Below are positions 37,984 to 48,208 of a stretch of DNA of 64,000 nucleotides, piece after piece. Source of the DNA: an uncultured Endomicrobiia bacterium (GTDB lineage Bacteria; Elusimicrobiota; Endomicrobiia; DTEH01); NCBI GenBank assembly GCA_937928765.1, contig CALFVX010000001.1, positions 16,246 through 80,245 of the forward strand, in the 5' to 3' direction. Position 1 is the first letter of the stretch; each line of letters starts with the position of its first letter. The notes under the pieces were generated by a model. That model made no database searches and was not told where the DNA came from. It worked only from the letters and a program-made list of their open reading frames with translations. A program made the translations under genes and the position numbers.

Positions 37984-38054
37984 CTTAATGTTGAAAAATT
38001 GATTATATTATATTATTTATCAACTAACCTTTAATTGCTTTTCTTTTTATCTTT

Positions 38055-39365
38055 ATGATGTTTTTTTTATTTTTTTTTATTTTCTGTTTTAATATTTACA
38101 GTGAGGAAATAAAAATGAAATATAATTTATTATTTGACAATTTTTTAGATAAAAAATATACTTTGAAGAATGGGTTGACTGTTATATTAAAGCCATTTAA
38201 CAAATTACCTGTTGTTTCTATTCAGATTTGGGTAAAAGTAGGATCTGTTTATGAAACAGATAAAAATAATGGCATCTCACATTTTCTTGAACATTTGGTT
38301 TTCAAAGGTACTAAAAAATATTCAGTTAATCAAATAAGTAAAATAATAGAAAAATATGGAGCAATTTTAAATGCTGGTACTTCAAAAGAGTTTACAATAT
38401 ATTATACAGATATTCCAAAAGATGGTTTGTATGACGCTTTAGATATTTTGTGCGAATTAGTTTTTGAAGCAACATTTCCAAAAGAAGAATTAGAAAGAGA
38501 ACGTAATGTTGTAATAGAAGAAATAAAAAGAGCTAATGATAATCCATCAGATGTTTTATTTGAAAATTTCAATACCTTATTATTTAAAGAAACACCTTAT
38601 AAAAGGAAAGTCATAGGAAAAGAAGAAATTATAAGAAATCTATCAAGAGATGAATTAATTGATTATTATAAAAAATTTTATCAACCTAAAAATATGATTT
38701 TAAGTATTTGTGGTGATATAAACATTCAAGAGTTAAAAAGTGTTATTGAAGAAAAATTTGGTAGATATGAGTCAGAGGAAAATTTTGTAATTCCTGTTTT
38801 AAATCTCCAAGAAAGTAAAAAACCAGAAATTTTTGAAGTAAAAAAACATAAGGTTCAACATACATATTTTTTATCAGGATTTTTAGGTCCACAGATAAAT
38901 GATGACCATCAATATACAGCAGATGTTTTATCTGTGATTTTAGGTGAAGGAATTTCTTCAAGATTATATAAAACGATAAGAGAAGAAAAGATGTTAGTTT
39001 ATGAAATATCTAGTGGGTTTTATACTCAAGTTGGAAATTCTATATTTTATATTTCAGGTGTTTGTGAACGAAAAAATCTAGAAAAAACAATTTTAGAAAT
39101 AAAAAATATTTTATCCGATCTAAAAACTAATGGTCCCAAAGAAGAAGAGCTAAATAAAGCAAAACAGATTATTACAACAAGATGGTATTTTGGTAATGAA
39201 ACTGTTCATTCAAAAGCTTCTTCGTTAGCTTGGTGGGAAATATTTAAATCTTTAGAAGAATTAAATATGTATATAGATAATATAAACAAGGTTTCTTCTG
39301 AAGACATAAAAAATTTTATAAGTTTATATGCTGATTCTATAACTAGTTTTGCTTTAACACCTTAA
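38055..39365 (+). CDS. M16 family zinc peptidase, catalytically competent subunit (HxxEH)
   Basis: Inverzincin motif HFLEHLVFKGT and a signal peptide. Confidence 0.8.
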   Translation: MMFFLFFFIFCFNIYSEEIKMKYNLLFDNFLDKKYTLKNGLTVILKPFNKLPVVSIQIWVKVGSVYETDKNNGISHFLEHLVFKGTKKYSVNQISKIIEKYGAILNAGTSKEFTIYYTDIPKDGLYDALDILCELVFEATFPKEELERERNVVIEEIKRANDNPSDVLFENFNTLLFKETPYKRKVIGKEEIIRNLSRDELIDYYKKFYQPKNMILSICGDINIQELKSVIEEKFGRYESEENFVIPVLNLQESKKPEIFEVKKHKVQHTYFLSGFLGPQINDDHQYTADVLSVILGEGISSRLYKTIREEKMLVYEISSGFYTQVGNSIFYISGVCERKNLEKTILEIKNILSDLKTNGPKEEELNKAKQIITTRWYFGNETVHSKASSLAWWEIFKSLEELNMYIDNINKVSSEDIKNFISLYADSITSFALTP

Positions 39366-40682
39366 ATGAATAATGAAGGAAAGATATTTTTTGTTATTTT
39401 AGGAGTTATTTATATGAATATATCTTCTTTATTTTCTTATCAAAACAAAGAAACTTTAGACAATGGCATTATATTAATACATAATTATAATTCAGAACAA
39501 CCTATAGTTGCATTTACTATATTTTTAAAAATGGGTTCTATTTATGAACCACAAAATATCTGTGGTATTTCTGCTTTACTACAGTCAGTTATTATAAAAG
39601 GTACAAAAAATAGAACTGCACAACAAATTGCCGAAGAAATAGAAACATTAGGTGGAAGTATTTCTGCTGACAGTGATTACGATTATTCAACATTGTCAGT
39701 TGCAGTAGGAAGCCAATATTTTGATAAAGCAGTTGAAATAATGGCTGATATATTTCTAAATCCAACATTTAAAGAAAATGAAATTGAAAAAGAAAAATTT
39801 AATCTTATTGCTTATGTAGTTTCAAGAAAGGATAATATCTTTAATTTAGCAATTGATGAACTACTTTATAATCTTTATGGTAAAAAACATCCTTACAAAC
39901 AGATACCAGAAGGTAATACTAAAACATTAAAAAAAATTTCGCGTAAACAATTATTGGATTGGTGGCAGAAGTTTTACGGCATAGATTACAAAAATATTGT
40001 TATAGTTGTAAGTGGGGATATTGATTTTGAAAATACAAAAAAAATTATAATGAAACATTTTGAAAAAATACCTAAGATTAAACTGCCAAAAATAGAGTAT
40101 GAAAATATTAAAATTAAACACAAGTATGTAAAAAAGAAAGCACATTTTAAACAAGGATATTTAATGTATGGCTACAAAGCACCTAATTTGTCAAAGGAAA
40201 AGATAAAAAATTTTTTATCTTTAAAACTGTTAAGTTTATATCTTGGCGGTGGTATGAGTGGGAAATTATTTGAGATTCTAAGAGAACAAAATTCTTTAGG
40301 ATACGAAACAAATTGTTTTTATCCTACAAGATTTTTGGATTCACATTTTGTAATTTATATTGGTTTGGACTATGATAGAGTCAGTATTGGTAAACAAAAG
40401 ATCAAAGAGATTATAGATAAACTTAAGTCAAATGAATTTTTTGATGATGAAGATTTAAATGAAGTCAAAAGTAAGTTCAGAGGAAGATATTTGTTAGACC
40501 ATCAGACAAATCTTCGTCAAAGTTGGTATTTAGGTTTTTGGGAAATTATGAGTTTTGGTTATGAATATGACAAAAAATATTTGGAAGAAGTAGATAAGAT
40601 AAGTATAGAAGATGTTAGAAGAGCTGTCAATGAAATATTTAATGAAGAATTTGTATTAGTTGAGATAATTCCTAAAAAATGA
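39366..40682 (+). CDS. M16 family peptidase-like, non-catalytic partner subunit
   Basis: M16 fold with ALLQSVIIKGT in place of HxxEH. It starts directly at the upstream stop. Confidence 0.7.
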   Translation: MNNEGKIFFVILGVIYMNISSLFSYQNKETLDNGIILIHNYNSEQPIVAFTIFLKMGSIYEPQNICGISALLQSVIIKGTKNRTAQQIAEEIETLGGSISADSDYDYSTLSVAVGSQYFDKAVEIMADIFLNPTFKENEIEKEKFNLIAYVVSRKDNIFNLAIDELLYNLYGKKHPYKQIPEGNTKTLKKISRKQLLDWWQKFYGIDYKNIVIVVSGDIDFENTKKIIMKHFEKIPKIKLPKIEYENIKIKHKYVKKKAHFKQGYLMYGYKAPNLSKEKIKNFLSLKLLSLYLGGGMSGKLFEILREQNSLGYETNCFYPTRFLDSHFVIYIGLDYDRVSIGKQKIKEIIDKLKSNEFFDDEDLNEVKSKFRGRYLLDHQTNLRQSWYLGFWEIMSFGYEYDKKYLEEVDKISIEDVRRAVNEIFNEEFVLVEIIPKK

Positions 40683-42274
40683 TTTTCTATTTTTTGTTTT
40701 TTATTTTTATTTCTTTCAGTATTGCAGAAGATTATGGTGATATTTTTATAGATACATTATTAGGAGACGCTTCTTACCTAAATCCTATCTTAGCAAGCGA
40801 TTCTGCCTCTGCTTCAATAAATTCTTTAATTTTTAATGGCCTTGTAAAATATGATAAAGATTTAAATCTTGTAGGCGATTTGGCAGAAAGATGGGAAATA
40901 AGAGGTGATGGCAAAGAGATTATTTTTTATTTAAAGAAAAATATATTTTGGCATGATGGTAAAAAATTTACTTCTCAAGATGTAAAGTTTACTTACGAGA
41001 AACTTGTATCTCCTTTAATTAAAACTCCTTATTCTTCAGATTTTATGTTAATCAAAAAGTGTGAAATTATAGACGATTATACTATAAAATTTCTCTATTC
41101 AGAACCATTTGTTCCTGCGTTAGAATCTTGGGGTATTGGAATTATACCAAAACATATTTTTGATACAGAAAGATATGATTTTCATAAACATCCAGCAAAC
41201 AGAGCTCCTGTAGGTACAGGACCATATAAATTTTTAAAATGGGTTACTGACGAAAAAATAGAGTTAATATCTAACGAAAATTATTTTGAATCAGAACCGT
41301 ATATAAAAAAATATGTATTTAGAATTATACCAGACCAAAGTATACAATTTCTTGAATTGTTAAATGAAAGTATAGATTCTATGAATCTTTCAGCAGAACA
41401 GTTTTTTGCATATAAAGAATTTTTCAATAATTATAATAAATTTAGTTATCCATCATTTTCTTATACTTATTTAGGATTTAATTTAAAACATCCAATTTTT
41501 AAAGATAAAAAAGTTCGCAAAGCAATCGCTTATGCAATAAACAAAGATGAGATAATAAACGGTATTTTGTTAGGTAAAGCTAAAAAAGCTACTGGACCTT
41601 TCCCACCACAATCTTGGGCGTATAACGAAAATGTTAAAGATTTTGAATATAATATAAAAGAAGCAAAAAAATTGTTAGAAGAAGCAGGATGGATATATGA
41701 CGAAAAAAATAAAATTTTACAGAAAATAACTTATGTAGATGGTAAAAAAAATGTTGAGAAGTTTAAATTTACATTAATCACTAATCAAGGAAATAAATCT
41801 AGACAACTAATTGCAGAAATAATCCAAAAGCAACTAAAAGATGTAGGTATAGAAGTAGAAATATTAGTTTTAGAATGGTCAATTTTTATAAATAATTATA
41901 TTATACCTAGAAACTTTGATGCAGTTATATTGGGATGGTCACTATCTCGTGATCCTGACCAGTTTTCAATTTGGCATTCAAGTCAGAGGAGTCCTGGCAA
42001 GTACAATTTTGTAGGATATATAAATTTAGAAGTTGATAAATTATTAGAATTAGGAAGAAAGGAATTTAATTTTTTAAAAAGAAAAGAAATATATAAAAAA
42101 ATACATAAAATAATTCACGATGATGTCCCATATATATTTTTGTATTACCCAGAATCTATGCCTGTTGTTCATAAAAGATTTAAGAATGTAGAATTGACAA
42201 AGATTGGGATAGGCTGGAATTTTATTAAATGGTATGTTCCAAAAGAAAAACAGAGATATTTGATACAGAGATAA
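40679..42274 (+). CDS. ABC transporter substrate-binding protein, family 5 (peptide/nickel Opp/Dpp/Nik type), orphan
   Basis: Signal peptide and SBP_bac_5 core motifs (e.g. IFWHDGKKFTSQDVKFTYEK). There are no permease or ATPase genes nearby. Confidence 0.7.
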   Translation: MIFYFLFFIFISFSIAEDYGDIFIDTLLGDASYLNPILASDSASASINSLIFNGLVKYDKDLNLVGDLAERWEIRGDGKEIIFYLKKNIFWHDGKKFTSQDVKFTYEKLVSPLIKTPYSSDFMLIKKCEIIDDYTIKFLYSEPFVPALESWGIGIIPKHIFDTERYDFHKHPANRAPVGTGPYKFLKWVTDEKIELISNENYFESEPYIKKYVFRIIPDQSIQFLELLNESIDSMNLSAEQFFAYKEFFNNYNKFSYPSFSYTYLGFNLKHPIFKDKKVRKAIAYAINKDEIINGILLGKAKKATGPFPPQSWAYNENVKDFEYNIKEAKKLLEEAGWIYDEKNKILQKITYVDGKKNVEKFKFTLITNQGNKSRQLIAEIIQKQLKDVGIEVEILVLEWSIFINNYIIPRNFDAVILGWSLSRDPDQFSIWHSSQRSPGKYNFVGYINLEVDKLLELGRKEFNFLKRKEIYKKIHKIIHDDVPYIFLYYPESMPVVHKRFKNVELTKIGIGWNFIKWYVPKEKQRYLIQR

Positions 42275-42294
42275 TTATTCTTATAAAAAATTTT

Positions 42295-42379
42295 GCCGCG
42301 AGAGGGAGTCGAACCCTCATCCCGTTAAACGGGACTGGTTTTTGAGACCAGCGCGTATGCCAATTCCGCCATCGCGGCA
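42295..42379 (-). tRNA. tRNA-Leu (anticodon CAA), class II with long variable arm
   Basis: Reverse complement GCCGCGA-UG-GCGGAAUUGGCAUACGCGC-UGGUCUCAAAAACCAG-UCCCGUUUAACGGGA-UGAGGGUUCGACUCCCUC-UCGCGGCA folds as a cloverleaf. The 7-bp acceptor, anticodon loop CUCAAAA and T-loop UUCGA are all present. Confidence 0.85.
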
Positions 42380-42456
42380 ACTTTAATTTTCTATAATATT
42401 TTTATTTTTTTTTCAACTTTTTAAAGGTATTTATTTTTTGTCATATTAGAGTTTAT

Positions 42457-43158
42457 ATGAAAACAAAAATTAAAGCTGTATTATTCGATTTAGATAACAC
42501 ATTAGTTGATTTTGTAAGAATGAAAAAAATTGCTGTGGAAATTGCTGTGGAATATATGATAAATGCAGGTTTACCCGGAATAAAAGATGAGTTAATAAAT
42601 AAAATTTTTGAAATTTATAATAGAACACATATTGAAAGTCAATCTGCACTTGAAGAAATTATTATTGATAAATTAGGATATATTGATTATAAGATTTTAT
42701 CTTCAGGAATTATCGGATATCAAAAAGGGCGGGATCTTGCTACTTATCCTTATCCAAAAGTTTTTTCTACATTGAAAGAGCTTATAAGGATGGGTCTACA
42801 AATAGGCACAATTTCTGATGCACCAGCAGAACAGTGTTATAATCGTCTTGCAAGATTAAATTTGTTAGATTGGATGGATATAGTTATAACATTTAATGAT
42901 ACAAATGAATATAAACCATCACCAAAACCATTTATACTTGCTTTACAACGGCTTAATTTACAACCAAAAGAGGTAATATATGTTGGTGATTGGCCACAAA
43001 GAGATATTGTTGGAGCAAAAACTGTTGGTATGACAACTGCATATGCTCGTTGGGGAAAATATCATAATTGTGAAAATATTTCTGCAGATTATGATTTAAA
43101 TTCTATAGAAGAGATTATTGATGTTGTAAAAAAAATTAATAATGAAAAAAATTTTTAG
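42457..43158 (+). CDS. HAD-superfamily hydrolase
   Basis: Motif I VLFDLDNTLVDF with DxD nucleophile. Confidence 0.7.
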   Translation: MKTKIKAVLFDLDNTLVDFVRMKKIAVEIAVEYMINAGLPGIKDELINKIFEIYNRTHIESQSALEEIIIDKLGYIDYKILSSGIIGYQKGRDLATYPYPKVFSTLKELIRMGLQIGTISDAPAEQCYNRLARLNLLDWMDIVITFNDTNEYKPSPKPFILALQRLNLQPKEVIYVGDWPQRDIVGAKTVGMTTAYARWGKYHNCENISADYDLNSIEEIIDVVKKINNEKNF

Positions 43159-43546
43159 AAAAACAATAATTTTGTTTGTATTATTTTTATTTGGTGCTTT
43201 TTTATATTTTAATAGATTGAATTTTGAAATTATAGAATACGAGCTTGAAGGTAAAAAATATAAACTTTATTTAGCAGATACACAAAAGAAAAAAGAGGTT
43301 GGATTAATGTACAAAAGAAGGTTAAATACTGTAGATGGTATGTTATTTGTTTTTGATAAAAAAACTAAACCTGTGTTTTATAACAAGAATACTTATTTAG
43401 ATTTAGAGATTTATTGGATTGACGGAAGCAGTGTAGTTTTTAAAAGTTTTCTTCCTTCTTTTAAAACTGCCAGAAAAATTATTTATATATCTGCTCCAGT
43501 AGAGGTAGATAAAGTAGTTGAACTTGTAGTAAAAAACAAACATTAA
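43142..43546 (+). CDS. DUF192 family protein (secreted)
   Basis: 134 aa with an N-terminal TM/signal. The core EVGLMYKRRLNTVDGMLFVF resembles DUF192. Confidence 0.5.
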   Translation: MKKIFRKTIILFVLFLFGAFLYFNRLNFEIIEYELEGKKYKLYLADTQKKKEVGLMYKRRLNTVDGMLFVFDKKTKPVFYNKNTYLDLEIYWIDGSSVVFKSFLPSFKTARKIIYISAPVEVDKVVELVVKNKH

Positions 43547-43559
43547 ATTTTTTTATAAT

Positions 43560-44768
43560 ATGTCAAAAAATCATTCTTACCAAAAATATATTTATGTTTA
43601 CAAACAAACAAAGAAAGAACTTCATGGATGGTATATTGGAAAAGAATTTCGTCGTGAGTGTACTTCAGAAAGATTGCTTATAAATCCTTACAATGGTTGT
43701 TCTGTTGGATGTTTTTATTGTTATACAAGGGCATTACCTGGATATTTTGAAGATTTTCATAAAGAAAACAAAATTTTTGTATTTGAAAATTTTGCCGAAG
43801 TTGTAGAAGAACAGATTTCACAAATTTGTGTAGCATCGTGTGGATATTTAAGTCCAATAACAGATCCATTTCAAAAAATTGAAGAGAAAGAAAAATTGTC
43901 AAAAAAAATTTTTGAAATATTTTTAAAATATAACATACCTATAGAATTTATAACAAAGTGTAAAATACCAAAAGAAATTATAGACCTTTTGAAGCCTAGC
44001 TATAATGAAGAAAAAAATTCTTGTAAAAGACATTGTTTTGGCCAAGTTTCTATACTTACAATAGATGATGATTTAAGAAAAATTTTTGCTCCTAATGGAG
44101 CAAATGTAGATGAACTTTTTAATAATTTAGTTTTGCTTTCAAAAAATAATATTTTTGCTATTTGCAGGATAGATCCAATTTTTCCTTATATTACTGATAA
44201 TAAAGAAGATCTTAAAGAGATATTGCTTAGAGCAAAAGATTGTGGTAGCAAACATGTTATAGCAAGTGTACTTGATATACCAGTCAAAATTTACAATTTT
44301 GTGCTTGATAATATTAAAAGATATTTTGGTACTTCTATTTATTATGAGTATAAAAATTTGTATATTGAAAAAATAGGATATATAAACGCAAAACTTGATT
44401 ATAGGTTGAAAATTTTTGATTATTTAAGAAATCTTTGTGATAAATACGGATTAACATTTGCTTTATGTATGGAGTATAAAATTGTAGACAACAAAGAAAA
44501 CAAACTTTATTATGAAGGATTAAATAAAATTTTTATGTCATCAACAAATTGCGAGGGTATTGATATACCAATATATATAAAGAATCCTGGGCAAAAAAAA
44601 TTTTATTCTGCAACAGAGTGTTTAGGCAAATGTTTAAGTTGTATTAAACCATTATGTGGAATTGAAGAGTTTGCACAGGGTAAATCTTTACCTAAAGGAT
44701 TTAAATTAAAAGATTATAAAAACTTTTCAAAGTTGATAAAACAGAAATTCGAATATAGTTTATTTTAA
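43560..44768 (+). CDS. Radical SAM protein, spore-photoproduct-lyase / DNA repair photolyase (SplB-like) family
   Basis: CxxxCxxC cluster CSVGCFYCY and a size of about 400 aa, with a C-terminal Cys-rich region. Confidence 0.6.
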   Translation: MSKNHSYQKYIYVYKQTKKELHGWYIGKEFRRECTSERLLINPYNGCSVGCFYCYTRALPGYFEDFHKENKIFVFENFAEVVEEQISQICVASCGYLSPITDPFQKIEEKEKLSKKIFEIFLKYNIPIEFITKCKIPKEIIDLLKPSYNEEKNSCKRHCFGQVSILTIDDDLRKIFAPNGANVDELFNNLVLLSKNNIFAICRIDPIFPYITDNKEDLKEILLRAKDCGSKHVIASVLDIPVKIYNFVLDNIKRYFGTSIYYEYKNLYIEKIGYINAKLDYRLKIFDYLRNLCDKYGLTFALCMEYKIVDNKENKLYYEGLNKIFMSSTNCEGIDIPIYIKNPGQKKFYSATECLGKCLSCIKPLCGIEEFAQGKSLPKGFKLKDYKNFSKLIKQKFEYSLF

Positions 44769-44831
44769 ATAATAAAGAATAATTTTATAATATAAAATTA
44801 AGCAATTTTTCGGATTTTTAGATTAGGAATT

Positions 44832-46058
44832 ATGAATATAATAATTATAATTTTGTTATGTATGATACTTATTTTGTTATTTGTCATGTTTTTAAAACAA
44901 AGAGAAAGAAATTTAGAAGAAAAAATTTTTTCAAAATTTGATGAAATAGACAAGATTCAACAAAGAACAGAACTTATGCTAAGAGAAGAAATTTCAAGAA
45001 ATAAACAAGAAACAAATTCTGTTATTACTACCCAGATTGCCTCCTTATTACAAATGACACAACAACAAGTTGAAGTTTTGAGACAAAGTGTAGAAAAACA
45101 ACTGCAGTATATTCAACAAGAAAGTTCACAAAAGTTAGAACAAATAAGAGAAGTTGTGAACGAAAAATTGCAGTCAACTTTAGATATAAGGTTAACAAAT
45201 GCTTTTAGACAAGTTTCTGACCGGCTTGAGATCTTACATCAAAGTTTAGGTGAGATGCAGGTTTTGTCAAATACTGTTAGTGATTTAAAAAAAGTTTTGT
45301 CAAATGTAAAAACGAGAGGTATTTTTGGAGAAATACAACTTAAAAATATTCTAGAAGACATTTTAACAAAAGAACAATATTTTGAAAATGTAAGAATTAA
45401 AGACGATACTAAAGAAACGGTAGAATTTGCTATAAAAATACCATCAAAAGAACAAGATAGTAAATACATACTTCTGCCGATAGATGCAAAATTCCCTATA
45501 ACTTATTATGAAAATATACTATATGCACAAGAAAAGTCTGATACAGAACTGTTAAAAAGTTCTATAGAATCTTTAAGGCAGAGAATCATTCAAGAAAGTA
45601 AGAACATAAAAGAAAAATATATTTTTCTTCCTAAAACAACAGATTTTGCAATAATGTTTTTGCCTTCAGAAGGACTTTTTGCTGAAGTTTTAAGAATACC
45701 AGGACTTTTTGAAAAAATAAGAAGGGAACAGAATGTTATAATTACAGGTCCAACAACTATTACTGCTATAATAAGTAGTTTACAGATGGGATTTAGAACT
45801 CTTGCAATAGAAAAACATACCTCCGAAGTATGGAAATTGTTAGGAGAAATAAAATCTGATTTTTTTAAATTTGGTGATTTGTTAGATAAAATTTCTAAGA
45901 AATTAAAAGAGGTTTCAGATATTATTGAAGATGCTTCAAAAAAAACAAAAACGATACAAAAAAAACTCAAAGATGTTGAAACTTTACCTCAACAAACAGA
46001 GCAAAAGATGTTATTATATGAAAACTTTATAATCAATACCACAAATGAGGAAGAATAA
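44832..46058 (+). CDS. rmuC: DNA recombination protein RmuC
   Basis: N-terminal TM, coiled coil, then the conserved RmuC core GIFGEIQLKNILEDIL...FLPSEGLFAEVLR. Confidence 0.75.
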   Translation: MNIIIIILLCMILILLFVMFLKQRERNLEEKIFSKFDEIDKIQQRTELMLREEISRNKQETNSVITTQIASLLQMTQQQVEVLRQSVEKQLQYIQQESSQKLEQIREVVNEKLQSTLDIRLTNAFRQVSDRLEILHQSLGEMQVLSNTVSDLKKVLSNVKTRGIFGEIQLKNILEDILTKEQYFENVRIKDDTKETVEFAIKIPSKEQDSKYILLPIDAKFPITYYENILYAQEKSDTELLKSSIESLRQRIIQESKNIKEKYIFLPKTTDFAIMFLPSEGLFAEVLRIPGLFEKIRREQNVIITGPTTITAIISSLQMGFRTLAIEKHTSEVWKLLGEIKSDFFKFGDLLDKISKKLKEVSDIIEDASKKTKTIQKKLKDVETLPQQTEQKMLLYENFIINTTNEEE

Positions 46059-46061
46059 TTT

Positions 46062-46823
46062 ATGCATTTATCAGAAGTTTTTAAGATTAAAAAACAGTTT
46101 ATCCCATTTATAACTTGTGGATTTCCTGATAAAAGTTCTACTGTAGAAATTATAAAATTGTTTTTAGATGAAGGGATAAACATCATAGAAATAGGCATAC
46201 CATTTTCAGATGCTGTAGCAGATGGTCCTACTATACAGTATTCATCGTTTATTGCCTTAAAAAATAGAGTAAATATAGATGATGTGTTTGATGTTGTATG
46301 TCAAACTTTGAAGTATAAAAAATATTATCCGATATTGATGACATATTTAAATCCTGTAGTTATTTATGGTATTGAAAGATTTTTTAAAAAATCAAAAGAT
46401 TTAGGTATAAAAGGGATAATTTTTGCTGATTCTATAGTAGAAACAAAAGAAGTATTTTATTCGTTGACAAATAAATATGGAATTTGTAGAATATTTTTGT
46501 TATCTCCTACGACAGAATTTAACAGAAGGAAGTTGATTTATGACAACTCTGATGGTTTTGTATACTTATTAACTTTGTCTGGTACAACAGGTGCAAGGAT
46601 AAATTTACCTAAAGAATTTTATAAATTTGTAAAAAAAATAAGAAAAGAAACTACAAAACCTTTATGTGCAGGATTTGGAATTTCTTCTTCAGATCAAATT
46701 TTGCCTATTTTGGAAAGTATTGATGGTTTTATTGTAGGTTCTGCTATAATTGAAAAAATTAAAGAAGATAAAAAATTATATAGTTTAAAAAATTTTGTAA
46801 AAAGTTTTTTAAAGATCATATAA
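46062..46823 (+). CDS. trpA: Tryptophan synthase alpha chain-like (TIM barrel)
   Basis: FIPFITCGFPD...IEIGIPFSDAVADGPTIQ matches the TrpA signature. No trpB is adjacent. Confidence 0.7.
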   Translation: MHLSEVFKIKKQFIPFITCGFPDKSSTVEIIKLFLDEGINIIEIGIPFSDAVADGPTIQYSSFIALKNRVNIDDVFDVVCQTLKYKKYYPILMTYLNPVVIYGIERFFKKSKDLGIKGIIFADSIVETKEVFYSLTNKYGICRIFLLSPTTEFNRRKLIYDNSDGFVYLLTLSGTTGARINLPKEFYKFVKKIRKETTKPLCAGFGISSSDQILPILESIDGFIVGSAIIEKIKEDKKLYSLKNFVKSFLKII

Positions 46824-46828
46824 AATAC

Positions 46829-48208
46829 TTGAAAAAATTAATGAACCAAAATCTGTTAAAAAAATTTTTAAGTTCATTTAAGTTTGATTTTAGACTAGCC
46901 AAATATGATATACAATCATGTATTGCGTGGACAGAATTACTTATAAAAAATAAAATTGTAGATAAAGCTCAAGGTGAAAAAGTTATAAAGATTTTGAAAA
47001 AAATAAATAGAAATCCAAAAAAAGTTTTTCCTGAAGAAGATATACATTTTGCAGTTGAAAAAACATTGGAAAAATTTTTAGGAAAACAAAAGCATTTAGC
47101 TGGTGTCATAAGAACTGCAAGAAGTAGAAATGATCTTGTAGTTTCTGATGAAAGAATGTTTTTAAAAGAAGAAATTATAGAAATAATAAAATTGTTAAAA
47201 AATTTAATTTTAACAATAGTTAAACTAGCTGAAAAAAATTTTGATATTCCTATAGTTGGATATACTCATCTTCAACCAGCACAACCAGTACTTTTTAGTC
47301 ATTATATACTAAGTTTTGCTTGGTGGTTTTTAAGAGATATTGAAAGATTACAAGATTGTTATAAAAGGGTAGATGTATCGGTTTTGGGTTCAGCAGCGTT
47401 TGCAGGAAGTAGTTTTGAAGTTGACAGAGAAGAAATTGCTAAAAAATTAGGATTTTCAAAAATTTCAGAAAATTCTGTAGATTCTGTCTCTGATAGAGAT
47501 TTTATTATAGAATTTATCTCTTGTTGTTCGATTATTATGATGCATCTGTCAAGAACATCAGAAGAATTAATAATTTGGTGTAATCCTAATTTTGGATATA
47601 TTAGTTTGCCGAAAGAGCTTACTTCTGGTTCTTCTATTATGCCACAAAAACAAAATCCAGATTATTTAGAACTTATAAGAGGGAAATCAGCAAAAGCATA
47701 TTCTGACCTTATAGGTATTTTAGTTTTAATGAAAGCTTTACCTTTAAGTTATAACAGAGATATGCAGGAAGACAAAGTTTATTTATTTTCATGCGTTGAT
47801 ACAACTAAGCAATGTTTAGAGATAATTGATATGATTTTTTCTAATTTAAATATTAACATAGAGAAGCTAAAGAAAGATTTAGAAAGTTATGATTTTATTT
47901 TAGCTACAGAGATTGCAAATTTTTTTGTTAAAGAGATGAAATATACCTTTAAGTTTGCACATAAAAAAGTCCAACAACTGCTAAATTTTTGTGTTGAAAA
48001 TAAAAAAAGCATAAGAGAATTAAACTTTGATGAATATAAAAATTTAGTTGATAAAAAATTTACAAAAGAAATGTTTAGTAAGTTACAAGAGATTTTAGAT
48101 ATTAAAAACTTGGCAGAGAATTATAAAACCTATGGTGGAAGTTCTATAAATCATGTAAAAAATCAGATTAAAAATATTAATAATTTATTAAAAAAAATAC
48201 AGATATGA
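46829..48208 (+). CDS. argH: Argininosuccinate lyase
   Basis: GYTHLQPAQPV and the fumarate-lyase signature GSSIMPQKQNPD. Confidence 0.8.
   Translation: MKKLMNQNLLKKFLSSFKFDFRLAKYDIQSCIAWTELLIKNKIVDKAQGEKVIKILKKINRNPKKVFPEEDIHFAVEKTLEKFLGKQKHLAGVIRTARSRNDLVVSDERMFLKEEIIEIIKLLKNLILTIVKLAEKNFDIPIVGYTHLQPAQPVLFSHYILSFAWWFLRDIERLQDCYKRVDVSVLGSAAFAGSSFEVDREEIAKKLGFSKISENSVDSVSDRDFIIEFISCCSIIMMHLSRTSEELIIWCNPNFGYISLPKELTSGSSIMPQKQNPDYLELIRGKSAKAYSDLIGILVLMKALPLSYNRDMQEDKVYLFSCVDTTKQCLEIIDMIFSNLNINIEKLKKDLESYDFILATEIANFFVKEMKYTFKFAHKKVQQLLNFCVENKKSIRELNFDEYKNLVDKKFTKEMFSKLQEILDIKNLAENYKTYGGSSINHVKNQIKNINNLLKKIQI

Noticed and set aside
45239-46198. Minus-strand ORFs (45239..45469, 45590..45970, 45989..46198) over rmuC/trpA
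   Set aside because: They overlap conserved + strand genes and have no supporting signals.
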